Positions 29,664 to 56,178 of a stretch of 64,000 nucleotides of DNA are shown piece after piece. The stretch covers positions 9,828,741 to 9,892,740 of the forward strand of contig OZ037768.1 in assembly GCA_964035545.1 (NCBI GenBank). Direction: 5' to 3'. The notes beneath the pieces are model-generated. The model saw only the letters and a program-made list of their open reading frames with translations, did not search any database and had not been told where the DNA came from. The DNA comes from Bugula neritina. Lineage: Eukaryota > Animalia > Bryozoa. Within the stretch, counting starts at the first letter, position 1; the number at the start of each line of letters is the position of its first letter. The position numbers and the translations under genes were made by a program.

Positions 29664-30765
29664 ATGAATGGGGAGTGTAAGTTACTTGCCGTAAGTGTTT
29701 TAGTGGTCACCATTTTTGGTAAGTAAATGTGATGCAATGGTACATATTATACAGTTGAAAAGAGTTTGTTATGTGCATGAATAACACATTTGAACACAGC
29801 TTCTTAAATTATTAAAGTTCAAATTGAGCTATTTTAATCAGCTTTGTGCACTTTAAAGGTCTCAGTACTGCCTGTGAAAAAGATGGTTGGATAAAAGGAC
29901 CGTATGAGTCATGTTACAAGTTCTTTATGAAGCCGAAAGTAAATTGGCAGACGGCGGACAAGGCATGCAAAGATGTTGGTGGATTGTTAGCTTCTTTAGA
30001 AAGTGAAAAGGAAATCATATGGATGCGTGGATACAGAGCCTTTCATAGCAATTTGAGAGAAATAACTTGGATCGGTGGTCTCAAAGATCAAAATGGCGAT
30101 TGGTTTTGGACCAGCGGTAACTAACAGAAATTATTGGCTAATTTAAATTCTCCAATACAATAATGGCTCTACCAGTGCATGACTGTAATAATAGAATGCT
30201 GCTTTTTTATATGTAGCATTATTCTACTAATTTCAAAGTAAAATAACAGAAACATTGCCTCAGTTTAAAAATCTTCGTTAAAATTATATCATGAAACATG
30301 TGCTAATAGTATCCAGTAACACTTGATATAACAACAATTATGTTAAAGTAAAACTATCAAAATGTTGAAAATGCAATAATGAACATAATTAATGGAAACT
30401 TATACTATTGCCATTATAAATTGCTTTATATATTACAAATGAAATTTCCTAAAGTATATAAAAATGTTAATTGCAAAATGCCTTTGATCATTTTATCTTT
30501 TTTTTAAGAAAAGTCACTCAAATAGATACTATTAAAAGTTGTTTCATTTGTAATAATATTTGCTTCAGACAAGCCAGTGACTGCCTCGGACTGGGCTGTA
30601 GGCCAACCTGATAACCGAGGTGGAGCGCAAAACTGTCTGGCGCTATTTGGTAACACGATTATATTTGAGAAACCATCTCAAGAATGGCTCCGATTTGATG
30701 ACGATGATTGTGGTGTAGCTAGAGGTTACATCTGTGAGAAGACAGCATCAGCAGTAGAAAGCTAA
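29664..30765 (+). CDS. Secreted single-domain C-type lectin (exons 29664-29718, 29859-30116, 30569-30765)
   Basis: Signal-peptide exon MNGECKLLAVSVLVVTIFG. CTLD motifs CEKDGW...SCYKF...WQTADKAC...LASL...WIGG...WAVGQPDN...NCL...DDDC...YICE. Phase-1 junctions are consistent. AATAAA at 30791. Confidence 0.92.
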
Positions 30766-30909
30766 TTGGTTAATATTTCTTCATTTGCTTAATAAAACTA
30801 TGCAGTGTTGTACAGTTCACTCAGATATTTTGATCATTAAAGATAATGACTCAATGCAAATTATTTATTTCTGATATATAATTTACAAAAATACTTCAAC
30901 AAAGATATG

Positions 30910-33900
30910 TCAAATTTCTGGATCTTTATTTAGGTGATTAGTTTCTCGAAATTGATTCTTTATACACTGCAGCATTGCATCCCAATAGGCATTGTTCAAC
31001 TCTAATTTCTGGGCCTACAATATAACATGAGAAAGCATTACAGCTATGTTATATGCTATATAACTGGTTTGAAGCAAACTAAAAGATTTGTTTTATAAAC
31101 TATATTATATATCAAAATATCAGAGGCAATAATTTTTTTTTTAATCAAAGAACATAATATTGGCATAAGACACAGTGTATAATGCACTTGGCAGCACTTA
31201 AACAGAATAAGTATACAAGCTCAGCTTCTGGCACGGTACTATAGAGTATAGATACAGTGGGCTCTAATGTCATACTCACAGGCAAATATTCTGCATGGAA
31301 AAGCATTGGCAGCTTCCGAAGACTTCTTCCACTCAGACCCACGCTAGCACTAAATAACAAGTTTAATATTTGTTAAGCCTAAAGTCTATGTTAGACGATT
31401 AAAAGAACAGGAAGTTAGAGCATAAAAACTTATATGAAAAATATCATTTGTCTAATTCCCATAAATATACCAACAAATTCTTAGTCTATAGTATTTGTTC
31501 AATTAAACATCTTTTTAAATAAAATTTTTAAGATGCAGCTCACTAAATGTTGGAATACATTTTTAAAATACTGTAAAACACTGTCTAATGTATTTTAAGC
31601 AGCAAATTATTTTAAAAACCAAGTTACTAGTTTATAAAAAGTACATATAGTTTCATTATTCAGGACATTATTTTGAGCAATTGTAAAAATTCTCTTACAG
31701 AGATAAGGATTTCAACTTCAAACTGTGTTTGACTGTTGGGTTACTCGAACCACTCAGTTTGCGCCCTTCTAGCTGTCGCCATGTGAGTAGATTCAACTCT
31801 GGTGTGATTATACCAGCCTATAACAATCAGATAACAGTGAAGACAATATTATGTAATATAGACTAAGAATCATGTTTGCAGCATATAATGGAGCTGGGGG
31901 AGATGCTGAAACCTAAAACAAAATACTACAACTAAGAGCAGAGCTGAGCTAAACCTAATGGCTAATACACATAAAAAATAACAGTTTGAAAAATATTAAG
32001 CATTGTTCCAAGAAACTTTAAGAGTCACTTATTTAGAAGTTACAAAGTGAAAGACAGCGATATAAGATAATAAAGTTAGCTAAAACAAGGCACTACATAT
32101 AATATATAGTACATTTATTAGCCAATATCATACTTTCTTGTAATATTAGAAATCATTTTTTTACTAATACTATTTGGAGGTGGACAGACTGAATTTCGGA
32201 ACCTGAGAATCAACTAATAAAAGTTAATTTATATTGTATTTCTTTTACTTACCCGCATACTTTCATGCAGACAACCTCTGTACACGCTGTAAATAGCCTC
32301 TTGGTTGGGAGTCCCGATATACCTCTTTATGTCAGCTCGGTCTAAGAATGCTGCTTCGATAGCCTTAGTAACATTAGTCGTAGTGAACACAATGACATTC
32401 GGGTATCTACAATGAGTACCATAACTAATATAAGTCCGGTTGCCATAATTCCATGATAGGTAATTTACTACAAGTAGAATTGCAAAACTATACACTATAC
32501 AATATATATAATATACATAGTTACATCAAGTGGCTGACACAATTGATATTGATAATACTTTGAAGTAAAATACTTTGAGGTTATTGGTGCTTGAACCTTT
32601 ACAGTGCTTACTCTAGTAGCAATGCAGCTGTCTCTACTATATTACCAGACCACCACCCCCCACCCCACCACCCCCCCATCTGTCCCTCGACTACATATTG
32701 GTGAGCTTACTTTGTAGGGAACTCATTGGTTTATAAAGTCAAAAAATAAGCATAAAAACTGCATTTTTATAGCATTATAATATAAGAAACTCAAATTGTA
32801 CTACTACCTATCAACATGTCTATATATTCATAGAAACAGAGACAGCACTTTAATTTTCAGCAACTGTAAGCATGCAGCATTTTGTAGTTTCACCTTTTAA
32901 TGTCGTCAAGTCGAGTGAGCAGAGCATTGACTACTCTCATGGAGTCAGACGGCTCGTTGCCGTGCATCATGTTCTTCCTGTTGTTAGCCAGGCCCTCCAC
33001 CTCGTCAATTAGTATACAGACTAAACTGTCTTTAGCATCTATGAACTCCTGGATCTTATCAAACATTTTCCCAACTAACTTACCAGACTGTAAAACAAAG
33101 CCATTTGATGAAAAGTCAATTTAGCCACATATTCATGATACATCATATAGGTTTAAATATTTAAATAAAGTGAGCTCGAAAATATGCATTTTGATGACAT
33201 TGTACTGCCGATATGTTTTTAAAGCAGAGTATTGTTATAATTGCTACCTGAAAATTTGTGATCTACTCTAATATCAATACTGCTCAGCTTTGTAGACAAA
33301 CAATTGTTTGCATATGCTTACATATGCTTATATATGCTTACATATGCTTATATATGCTTACATATGCTTATATATATACTTATATATGCTTACATATGTT
33401 CACATATGCTTATATATGCCTACATATAATAACCAAATGCTAACTAGAAAATTACAGCTGATACACATGTGTGCTCACAAACCAACATCAGCTCATTTAT
33501 AATACAAGCTCTACCTCAGAATAGTATTTAGAGAAGAGGCCCTGACTGTTGATCTCTACCAGCTGACCTCTCCTGTATTTGTGAGACAGTCGAATACAGA
33601 GTTTCTGAGCCAATGCTTTACAGAGGGAAGTTTTCCCTGTCCCTGGAGGTCCTAAAATAATGCATGCATAGTAAAGTAGCTGCAGGAACATGATTATGTA
33701 AAACATACAAGTGATATTATAATATACTATAGTATGATATACTATAATATAATATAATATAATGAAATGCATTATAGTATAATACAATAATATAATGTGA
33801 TATAATATAGTATAATATATAATATAATATAATAGAATACAATGTGATATAATATAATACACTCTAACATAATATAGTACAATATAATATAATACACTCT

Positions 33901-35606
33901 AACATAATATAGTACAATATAATATAGTATACTATAATATATTGAAATACAATATAATATAATACAATATAATATAATACAATATAATATAATACAATAT
34001 AATGTAATATAATACAATATAATATAATACAATATAATGTAATATAATACAATATAATATAATACAATATAATATAATACAATATAATGTAATACAATAC
34101 AATATAATAAAGTATGATATAATATAATTATTCAATTAATTAATAATTATCTAGTTATTAATTAATTATCAATAATTAATAATACACAACATGTTGTAAC
34201 TTATTATTATAATACACCATGAAAATATGGTCATGTAGGGATACCAACCATGAAGTAAGACAACTCTGTTGCAGCATATAATATTTTTATCAATATTCTT
34301 ATCACTATACATCAACATTGTCATGGCGTAGTTTAGTATATCTTCTTTTACTGACGACTCAAATATTAAACTTTCCCAAACACCTGTAAAACAATATACA
34401 TAGTGGTCATTACAATGTATCGCTTGAAAATTATACAATGTAACAGAAGGTAATACCTGTACATAACTAAATAAATATACAATGTGTTTAATATAATATG
34501 CGTAATGTAAAATGTGTATTGCAATTTGCGTAATGCATTATATAATGCAATACATAATAAAATATAATGCTTGCTCAAATATAGTAACACTTGAATTTTA
34601 CCATCAAATTCCTTATTAGGAAGAATCCAATGTTTAGCTGTCACGGTCTCTTCCTCTTCCCAATCTTGTGTGAAATGTTTGCTTTCATTAGATTGATAGG
34701 TGTGAATCTGATACCTGGTGTCAGCAGCCTGTAATATGTGTCAACACAAATGTATCAGCATATAATATTGAATAGTAACGCTTTTGTACAGCCCACTCTC
34801 TGTATCTATATACTGCGTTATTAGTATAATATATGTAACTAACATTTTTATTTAGTGAGAAGTTGCTACAAAATCTATGGAAGAACATGCAATTTATTAT
34901 TATACTGTCACAAATAAACTTAATATATAAAACAGTCTAAGTAGTTTGGCACTATAAAATATTGACACTAAAATATAATTATTTTAATACACTGCCTCAC
35001 TGGGCACACTGTAAAAAGAATTTAATATCTTTAACTAAACACCTACTTAATTCTAATGCATATGGAAACAATAAGCCACTTTGCTGATATGTTTGAAACA
35101 CTAGCAAAATATGAATGATATGAATATATTTTGATAGCATGGCAAAACACGACAGTAAATAGAATTATACGTAGCCAATAATGCATACAGATTTTTTCTC
35201 TTCTGTTTTTGGAGGATATATAGTGATTGACTCAATGTGCGTCTTCAAATATGCATCATTCTTATATGGTACTGTAACATCCAGTGCATTTCTTTTCTTT
35301 AACAACACCTTCAGCCGATTCTTGAGGTCACGAACTCTAGCCGAGCTGTAAGAGTTTATAGTTTTACAATTCAAAACTAAAACTTTTTAATCTAAGGTTT
35401 CAATTTGACTTCCTTGCATATACATTTTTTAACAGATGCAGCTGTTGTGTGGTGATTAGTGTTGGCGAATGTTGTGATGCAAAAACAAGTAAAAAAGTTG
35501 AAACATTAGAAATATTTGTATGCTAATGATCCTACCTTTTAGAAAAAGCACACACTTCTACATGACACAAGTTTTTAGGACACTCTAAAGCTTTTATTGT
35601 GGACAT
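30910..35606 (-). CDS. TRIP13: Pachytene checkpoint protein 2 / TRIP13 AAA+ ATPase (exons 35606-35536, 35345-35189, 34728-34602, 34383-34249, 33651-33515, 33087-32894, 32406-32253, 31817-31699, 31349-31280, 31014-30910)
   Basis: [16 protein letters not shown]; [25 protein letters not shown] (Walker A); ILIDEVE (Walker B); [14 protein letters not shown]; AFLDRAD (Arg finger); [11 protein letters not shown] (sensor 2). All junctions are GT-AG and in phase. The true start may lie further upstream. Confidence 0.95.
33311..33425. repeat. 10-bp tandem repeat (CATATGCTTA)n in a TRIP13 intron
   Basis: About 11 degenerate copies. Confidence 0.9.
33716..34128. repeat. (AATAT/AATAC)n pentanucleotide low-complexity repeat in a TRIP13 intron
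   Basis: Visible pentamer array; produces spurious Y/I-rich ORFs. Confidence 0.95.
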
Positions 35607-36126
35607 GGAGTGCTCCTCTGTATCGTACCTCAACTTCTGCAGTGAACTTCCTGTCTGAAACAAGTTACATACTAAACTGATCACATGACCAACTTTATTT
35701 GGGGAGTACTTTTTACAATATATTGAGTGCATAGTATAGTTTCAGCTATAATAATTAGCCATATAGTTAATTATACAGCTGCTACACTTCTGACTGACAG
35801 TAAATTTAGTTTTAATGATAGTTGCAAATATTGCAGCTTCTCCAGTTTATCTTGTTGTATACACACAGTGTGTAAAGTAATTTCCTCACACTTTACTTTT
35901 TTATTTTATTTTGGTAAACTACAGACTTTTTCTCTAGTCACACAAGTGACATGGTATAACAACTTCAAAGTAGTTCAGAAAAAAGTTAAAATATATGCAT
36001 AAATTTTTAGACTTCCAATAAATCTTGGTGGGGTTTGCTATATGTTAAAAAAGCAACCAATGGGTGGTTGTCCTTTCTAGCAAGACGTAAAAACTCTTGG
36101 CATACCCTATGAGTCAAAGCTATTTC

Positions 36127-38283
36127 CTATGTTTTAGCAAGCTCATAGTTCTGAAAGCAAGAATAAATCTAAAGCATGCTTAATGTTTAATCCAAATACA
36201 GAATATACAACGTGAATAGTTTAGAGTAAATAATAAAGAGTAATATCTTCCCCCCCCCTCGGGGAGCCTTGCGAACTAACCATTACACCACAGGGGCTAC
36301 TAGGTAATCTCAATACTACATAATATTAAGCAATTAATTCCATTGTAGGAATTGTGCAGTGTTAACAAACCTCTTGATTAAGCCTTGACCTGGACTGTTT
36401 CACGTGTGTGAAATGAGTTCTACTTCTAGATCGCTTGCACTTGGTTTTCCTTGCATCTGAAGCATTACTGTAGCTCGGCTAATGATAAAAAAGAGCTGAG
36501 TAGAATAATTGGTGAATTGACTGCCTATTTTTTAGTTTTACAATTAGCACAGCAGGATGAATGGAATTAAACTGAAGCCATCTATATTAAAAGCTAATGT
36601 TATTACTAATAATTTATCAATTGTATTAGCTAGAGTTCATCTGAAGATTTATAAAACATGGAGCCCAATTTTTTCTATTTAATTCAGGTTTAATATATTT
36701 CTTTTAGATGGCATTATTATATTGGCTAAAAGTAATATATAGATTAAATTGGGAAGTTAAAAAAAGCTTTTACCAAAATATTTTTTCAATAACTTTTTTT
36801 GCTCCAAGAATTTTGTAATTTTGTGTAACTATGTTTGAAGGAATCAAGGTAGTTTATTTGCAATTAACCTTTTCATGTTATATGTTAATATGTTGATCTG
36901 CAAAACTAAGCTACACAAAACAGGAAATAAATAATCTCACCTTAGCTGCAACACTTGGAGATTCTTTTCGAGATTTTCTATCTCTAACACTTCTTTTCCT
37001 TTTTGGATCATTGCGACTAGTGATGCCATTAAATATTGAATAGTGTGATGGAAGTTTTGCTTTAGCTTGAGTTAGCTCTTTCAACTAATGAAACACAACG
37101 TAGCATCACACATAATAAAATAATGATTTTGACATAAGAGCAGAAAACACAAATATACTGAATAGCTTGTATTAAATTGGACTCAAACCACATATTCTCC
37201 TCATTCGCAGTATATATACATATTATACATAAGAACTACTTTATGGTAATTAGGTTTTGTTTCTAAAATGTTTAAAGGCACTTCATGTATTAACAACTTA
37301 GCAATTTGATGTCCAAATTTAAGTACTTTTGGCTGATGATATAAAGTGAAAGAGCCCAACAGAAAGAAAACTGAAAATTAATTTAAAGCAATAATTTACC
37401 GCTTTGCAAATTGCTGCAATATGCACTTGAGTCTTAATTTCAAATCCTGCAACTTTTTTCTAACTGATCTAACAAGATACAACTGACCAACTTTGTTGAA
37501 TCACAGATCTAGAAACCTAGGTTATGCAGGTAAGCCTACCTTTGTGAGTTCACGCAGTTTTCGAAGCTTCCTACCTTCCCTTTGAAGCGCTTGTTTGCTT
37601 GCAGCCTTTTTCAACTTAGATACTTTTGCCTTTACAGTAGGCTTACAATTTCGCTTGTAGTTTGATTCTATAACAAATGAAAACTTAAAACATAGATTTT
37701 CGTTTTATTCCTATTCTACCAAAATTTATGTTACAAAAACCAGCTTGAATTTTAAAAAGTTTTTGCAGACAAGCTGCTTAAGTTAGCAACAGCTAGAAGT
37801 TCTGTTGACAAAACTTTTTTCTTCATTATATAAACTTTAGGTCTTATACTGTGAACTTATATATGTATCAGCTTTGCATACATGCAGATAGAAAATATGT
37901 TGCATTTCAACTTTCTTCAAATAATTCTTATTACATTTTTAGAAAATATTTGCTGAAATTATTACCTAAAAATAAATTAAATGAAAAGAAATATTTTTAA
38001 CTCTGCTCAGATTCTATAACTACCCTATTATGATTTTTTTTAATCTTAAACAGCGAAATTAAGTTTTGCACACAGCAAGGCAAACTCAGCCAGCACCGTG
38101 AGGTTTGCCATTGTGAATATGTATATAAGGCTGAAATGCAAAGAAGAAACTATAGTGAGGTGACTTAGCATAAATATTGTGGGTCAGAGAGGAGTAACAG
38201 AGACACATACTGGTTATTGATTGTCTTTTATTGCAGTGTTTAGCTTTGGTGGAATAATTGTTACCATTTTTAGATGCTCCCAT
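36127..38283 (-). CDS. Uncharacterised Lys/Arg/Ser-rich basic protein (exons 38283-38211, 37667-37540, 37459-37400?, 37084-36941, 36478-36371, 36150-36127), or N-terminal exons of TRIP13
   Basis: AG/GT-bounded exons join in phase without stops: MGASKNGNNYSTKAKHCNKRQSITKSNYKRNCKPTVKAKVSKLKKAASKQALQREGRKLRKLRELTK-KKVAGFEIKTQVHIAAICKA-LKELTQAKAKLPSHYSIFNGITSRNDPKRKRSVRDRKSRKESPSVAAK-PSYSNASDARKTKCKRSRSRTHFTHVKQSRSRLNQE-NYELAKT*. Confidence 0.6.
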
Positions 38284-40152
38284 CTTGCTGTTGAACGAAA
38301 TAATCTAAATATTTTCTTAATATTCAGTTATTTATGACCTCATCATTAATTAATAAATTCATAAAATGAAGCTTGAAATGCTTGGAATGAGAGCAATGAT
38401 TGTAGTGAAGAAAAACCAGCTAGAATAATTTTTTTTAAAATGCTTATTTTATAAGTTAATACTTGGAATAAATATTAATAAAGCATCAAAACTGAAAGAG
38501 ATAATAACATGCATTGACTTATATTTTGAGTTACAATTGATTTATGTACTTAATGCATGTATGTAACTACTTTTGTTCTTATTATTTAAATTGCTATGCA
38601 AGAACTGGCTATAAAAACCAAATGTAAAAGAACTGGTTAGTTGGTAGTTTGCCAATTTAATAACCAACCATAAATCTGTATTTGGAACACTCTAGTTTAC
38701 GTAAAACATATACACAATCTTGCACACATATTTTGATATACCGCAGACTATTGCTTGCGTGAACTTATTATTATCTGTTTGGTTATATTTAATCATATAG
38801 GTTTTAAGCAGCCTATGGTGAACTTTTGCTCAATTTTGCTCTATGTAGTAAAAATTGCCGTATAATTCAAACAGCTGTTACTGTAGTATGCATTAAGCAT
38901 TATGCATTCAAAGCTTCAACTGGCATTAAGCTAGCCAGTTGAAGCTTTGAAGTTGAAGTTGAAGCCAGCAGAAATGTTTTTTAACTTTGATTTGTTGTAA
39001 ATTGAGATAATTATTGAACATAAATGGCTTCTGGTATAATAATGCACTTGCTTAGTTCATTTTATTATAATAAAATAATCTGACTGCTAATTTTACTAAA
39101 ATTGGATTTTTGAAGTTATGACCAAGTTGGTCATGTGACTTTTGTGCACAGAATAACCATGGAGGGTAGCAATAGGAATAATAATAATACTTATTGATGC
39201 TAAATTAATTAAATTAGTTATTTAGGTAATATTTTATAGCAACTGCCTCAACTATTAATGCAGTAGGCTTAGAATGTATATATAATAAAGTTGAACCAAA
39301 GATCTAGCATTGCAATCTAATCAGTTTAAACAAAGCAAAATTGAAGAAAACATAGTAGTTCAGAATACTGTCATTTATTAATTATTATGAAAATATTTGC
39401 AAGCCTTCTAAAAAATATATGACTGATCATAAACAACACCAACAGAAACATATGCACCTGTAGGCATGATTTGATAGAGATATGAAAAAACACAAGAAAT
39501 AAAGTATTAGCTATCAATCTGAAATTATGCAATTCTGTTAAATGCTAGGCATAGCAACATATAAAGAACATATGACCAATCTGATTGCTATTTTGCTGAT
39601 TTCTCCTTTCTTTTGTTACTACTTTCATTCTTTAACTCTACAACATGCAGCAGGCTTTCACCATTCAGCTTCAAAATAAAGAACTGATAAGGAATTTTTG
39701 AAATTAATTTTAATCTCAAACTAATGAGTTTAAACAATTTGTGGTTTAAAATTCAAAATCTAAATAAATAAGTTACCAGAAGATTTTGGTGCTTTAGGCT
39801 TCAGACCAGCTATTTGCCTAAGACGAACACTATGACCTGCAGCATCAACATCTGGATTAGCCAGTTTCCTTGCTGTTGGAATATTTGGTTTGTCACCCAT
39901 TGTCTACAAGACCATAGAATTATGTGATGTACTACTGTGTTTTCCTGCAATCTGCTATACTAATAAAGTTAAAATAACCATTTGCTTGAGTTCAATGGTG
40001 TTGAATGTGGTTACACAACTATGACTATAATCCCATTCTAGCACTGAATTAAAACTCTCCTAGTTTTATTCCAATGTATGCTAGTGCCAATGATTGTTGC
40101 TGAAAAAAGCATTTAGAAGCAGTAATGGAGAAATTGGGATAGCCTAAGTTCT

Positions 40153-54102
<13,950 letters not shown>

Positions 54103-54926
54103 TGCAGTATATTTGAATGAACCGCTTATAAACAGCAGCACGACAAACTTTCAGCATTTCGCACCGTCATACTTATTTTAAAAGAGTGACATTTTATAAT
54201 GCAGTGGCAGTTTATATCCGTACTAACATAATTAAAGCTAATGAAGTTTACTTTTCACTGACCGATTCTAATGGAATAAATTTTGATAATTTTCAAGGAA
54301 AAGCAATGTATAGTTTGTAAAAAGCTTGTTTGCAATAATGAAGGTATTAAGTCACAAACCATTAATTTTGTACACTTTTTTCAAAATAATAGTGTAAAGG
54401 CATAATATGACTGAGTTAAAAAATTATAACCAATTTTTATGAATAAGCAACATAGCCAAGCTAACCTTGAGCCACTATTACATTTTTATTGAAACTTAAG
54501 CTAGAATATACAGACTGCTCAATAGTACTTGTTAACTTATCAATTGGATTTATAACAAGATATAGGCCTACTCAAATTTCACATTTTGTTTTTCACACTT
54601 GGTAAATTGAAACTTTTTTGTCTTTCTTCATTGCATGAGCATTGTGCAACCCTACAAAAGAAGAAAATGCTGGTTTGTTGAGTAATTTTTTCATAGCTGA
54701 ATCATCAGCTATGAAAGATGACAGAACTGAAATAATACGGAATTGCAGGTATATGAGGACAAAATTATAGATGCTAGACCTAATATTCTGGTAGTTTAAC
54801 ATAATTTGGAAACAATGATTAGATATTGTTATTGCTGTCTATGGTATAAACTTTTGTTTGAAGGAAAAACATCAAGATTTGGATTATGCTACACAAGTGC
54901 AGTTGTAGAACCTTCTGCATGGTTAT

Positions 54927-55100
54927 TGTGGTCTAAACAAAAGCTTTCACCAGTTTATAAAATTATAGACTATAGGGTATTGCAGTGCATTTGTTATTTT
55001 TTGTTGAGCGTCTATTTTTTTCCCAAATGCTAAAAAATAAAAGTGAACACAATATACATCAAATTGACAGGACATACTAAATTCACCACACTCTCTCCCC
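54927..55100 (-). mobile_element. Putative polypurine tract (55100-55091) and 3' LTR-like segment (55090-54927)
   Basis: Minus strand GGGGAGAGAG is followed immediately by TGTGGT..., and the segment ends ...ACCACA 164 bp later. No second LTR copy in the window. Confidence 0.4.
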
Positions 55101-55287
55101 AATGAAACATACCTTCTTTCCGATAAAAAAAACATGAAAAAGTAACGAAAATAAAAAATATATAAAATAAACAAGGAAACACACAAAAACAATATAAATG
55201 TATAAGTATAGGTAAAAACACACTAAAATAATGAGAAATATGTGATTGTTTATGCATGCGAGAAGGGACTTGAGATAAGGAGCCCCC

Positions 55288-56178
55288 TTAATATAACGCT
55301 GACCACACCGCCTGCTGCAGCTGTTGGAGGTCGCGTCGCAGCTTCTCCACCTCATCCATACTTTTTTCTAAGCCGCGGGACAGGGTGCTTAGGCTGTCTT
55401 CCAGTGCCTGGGCTTGCTGGGGGGATACTCCTGTCTGTCTGCTATAAGGAGAACCTTGGAATTCCGGCCTCGCCCTCCACTCTTCCCGCCGTCGGTGCTG
55501 GTGCCTGTCATCAGTCCCTGCTGTCCTCTCATGAGTACTTCGTCGGGCTGGTGTGTCCATTGGGAGATGACGATTTCTGTGGGACTCCTTTTGTCCTGGG
55601 GCAACAGGACTATCCTTCATTTGCTCCACCACTACTGGTAGGAGGTGGGTGGATGGGAGATCCGGTTTCCTGTGTGGGTTTTCTTCCTCTACAGCGCCTC
55701 TCTGTGCCGGCCGGCACTGCGGAAAACCTTGCAGCAATAGCCACCTCTTCCAAGCATCGCCCACATAAGGCAAGATGAGATCTCTGAATTCCACGAAGTT
55801 GGTGGCATCCACTACAAAAACTTTGCCCATGTAGCAGCGGGCTATGCGCTGATGTTTCAGCACATAGTCCCGCTGATAATTAAATTCTTCACACGGGCAG
55901 TAGATGATGGTGAAATGCTGGGGCACATGAACCCTAAGGCGTCGGTGTGATGAGAATTGTTTTCCACACTGGAGGCATTGGATGTTGTTGGGTCCGCCAC
56001 AGGCCTCCTCAATCTGCTGGCGGGTTTGTTCAGATGTCCAGTTAGGTCTGGAGTCTAGGATCTGAGGCAGTTCCAACTCGCCAGCTACCGTATCCCAGCC
56101 AGGCTCTATTTTAACTTCAAGGGTTGTCATCGGGTGGCTATCAGAATTCGGCATCTGGTTTTCGGAGTCAGGCTGCAC
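55288..56178 (-). CDS. C2H2 zinc-finger ORF with C-terminal coiled coil, probably retroelement-borne
   Basis: 296-codon GC-rich ORF with CLQCGKQFSSHRRLRVHVPQH, a second degenerate finger CPCEEFNYQRDYVLKHQRIARC, and C-terminal heptads LEDSLSTLSRGLEKSMDEVEKLRRDLQQLQQ. It begins directly after a TTACAG acceptor. Confidence 0.7.
   Translation of the reverse strand: MQPDSENQMPNSDSHPMTTLEVKIEPGWDTVAGELELPQILDSRPNWTSEQTRQQIEEACGGPNNIQCLQCGKQFSSHRRLRVHVPQHFTIIYCPCEEFNYQRDYVLKHQRIARCYMGKVFVVDATNFVEFRDLILPYVGDAWKRWLLLQGFPQCRPAQRGAVEEENPHRKPDLPSTHLLPVVVEQMKDSPVAPGQKESHRNRHLPMDTPARRSTHERTAGTDDRHQHRRREEWRARPEFQGSPYSRQTGVSPQQAQALEDSLSTLSRGLEKSMDEVEKLRRDLQQLQQAVWSALY

Noticed and set aside
33497-34135. Y/I/L-rich ORFs
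   Set aside because: Pentamer-repeat artefacts; only 33651-33515 is a real TRIP13 exon.
54593-54802. 69-aa minus ORF upstream of the receptor
   Set aside because: No motif, and the receptor already has a signal-peptide start at 54102.
55242-55778. 178-aa plus-strand ORF
   Set aside because: Antisense shadow of the GC-rich zinc-finger ORF; no recognisable motif.
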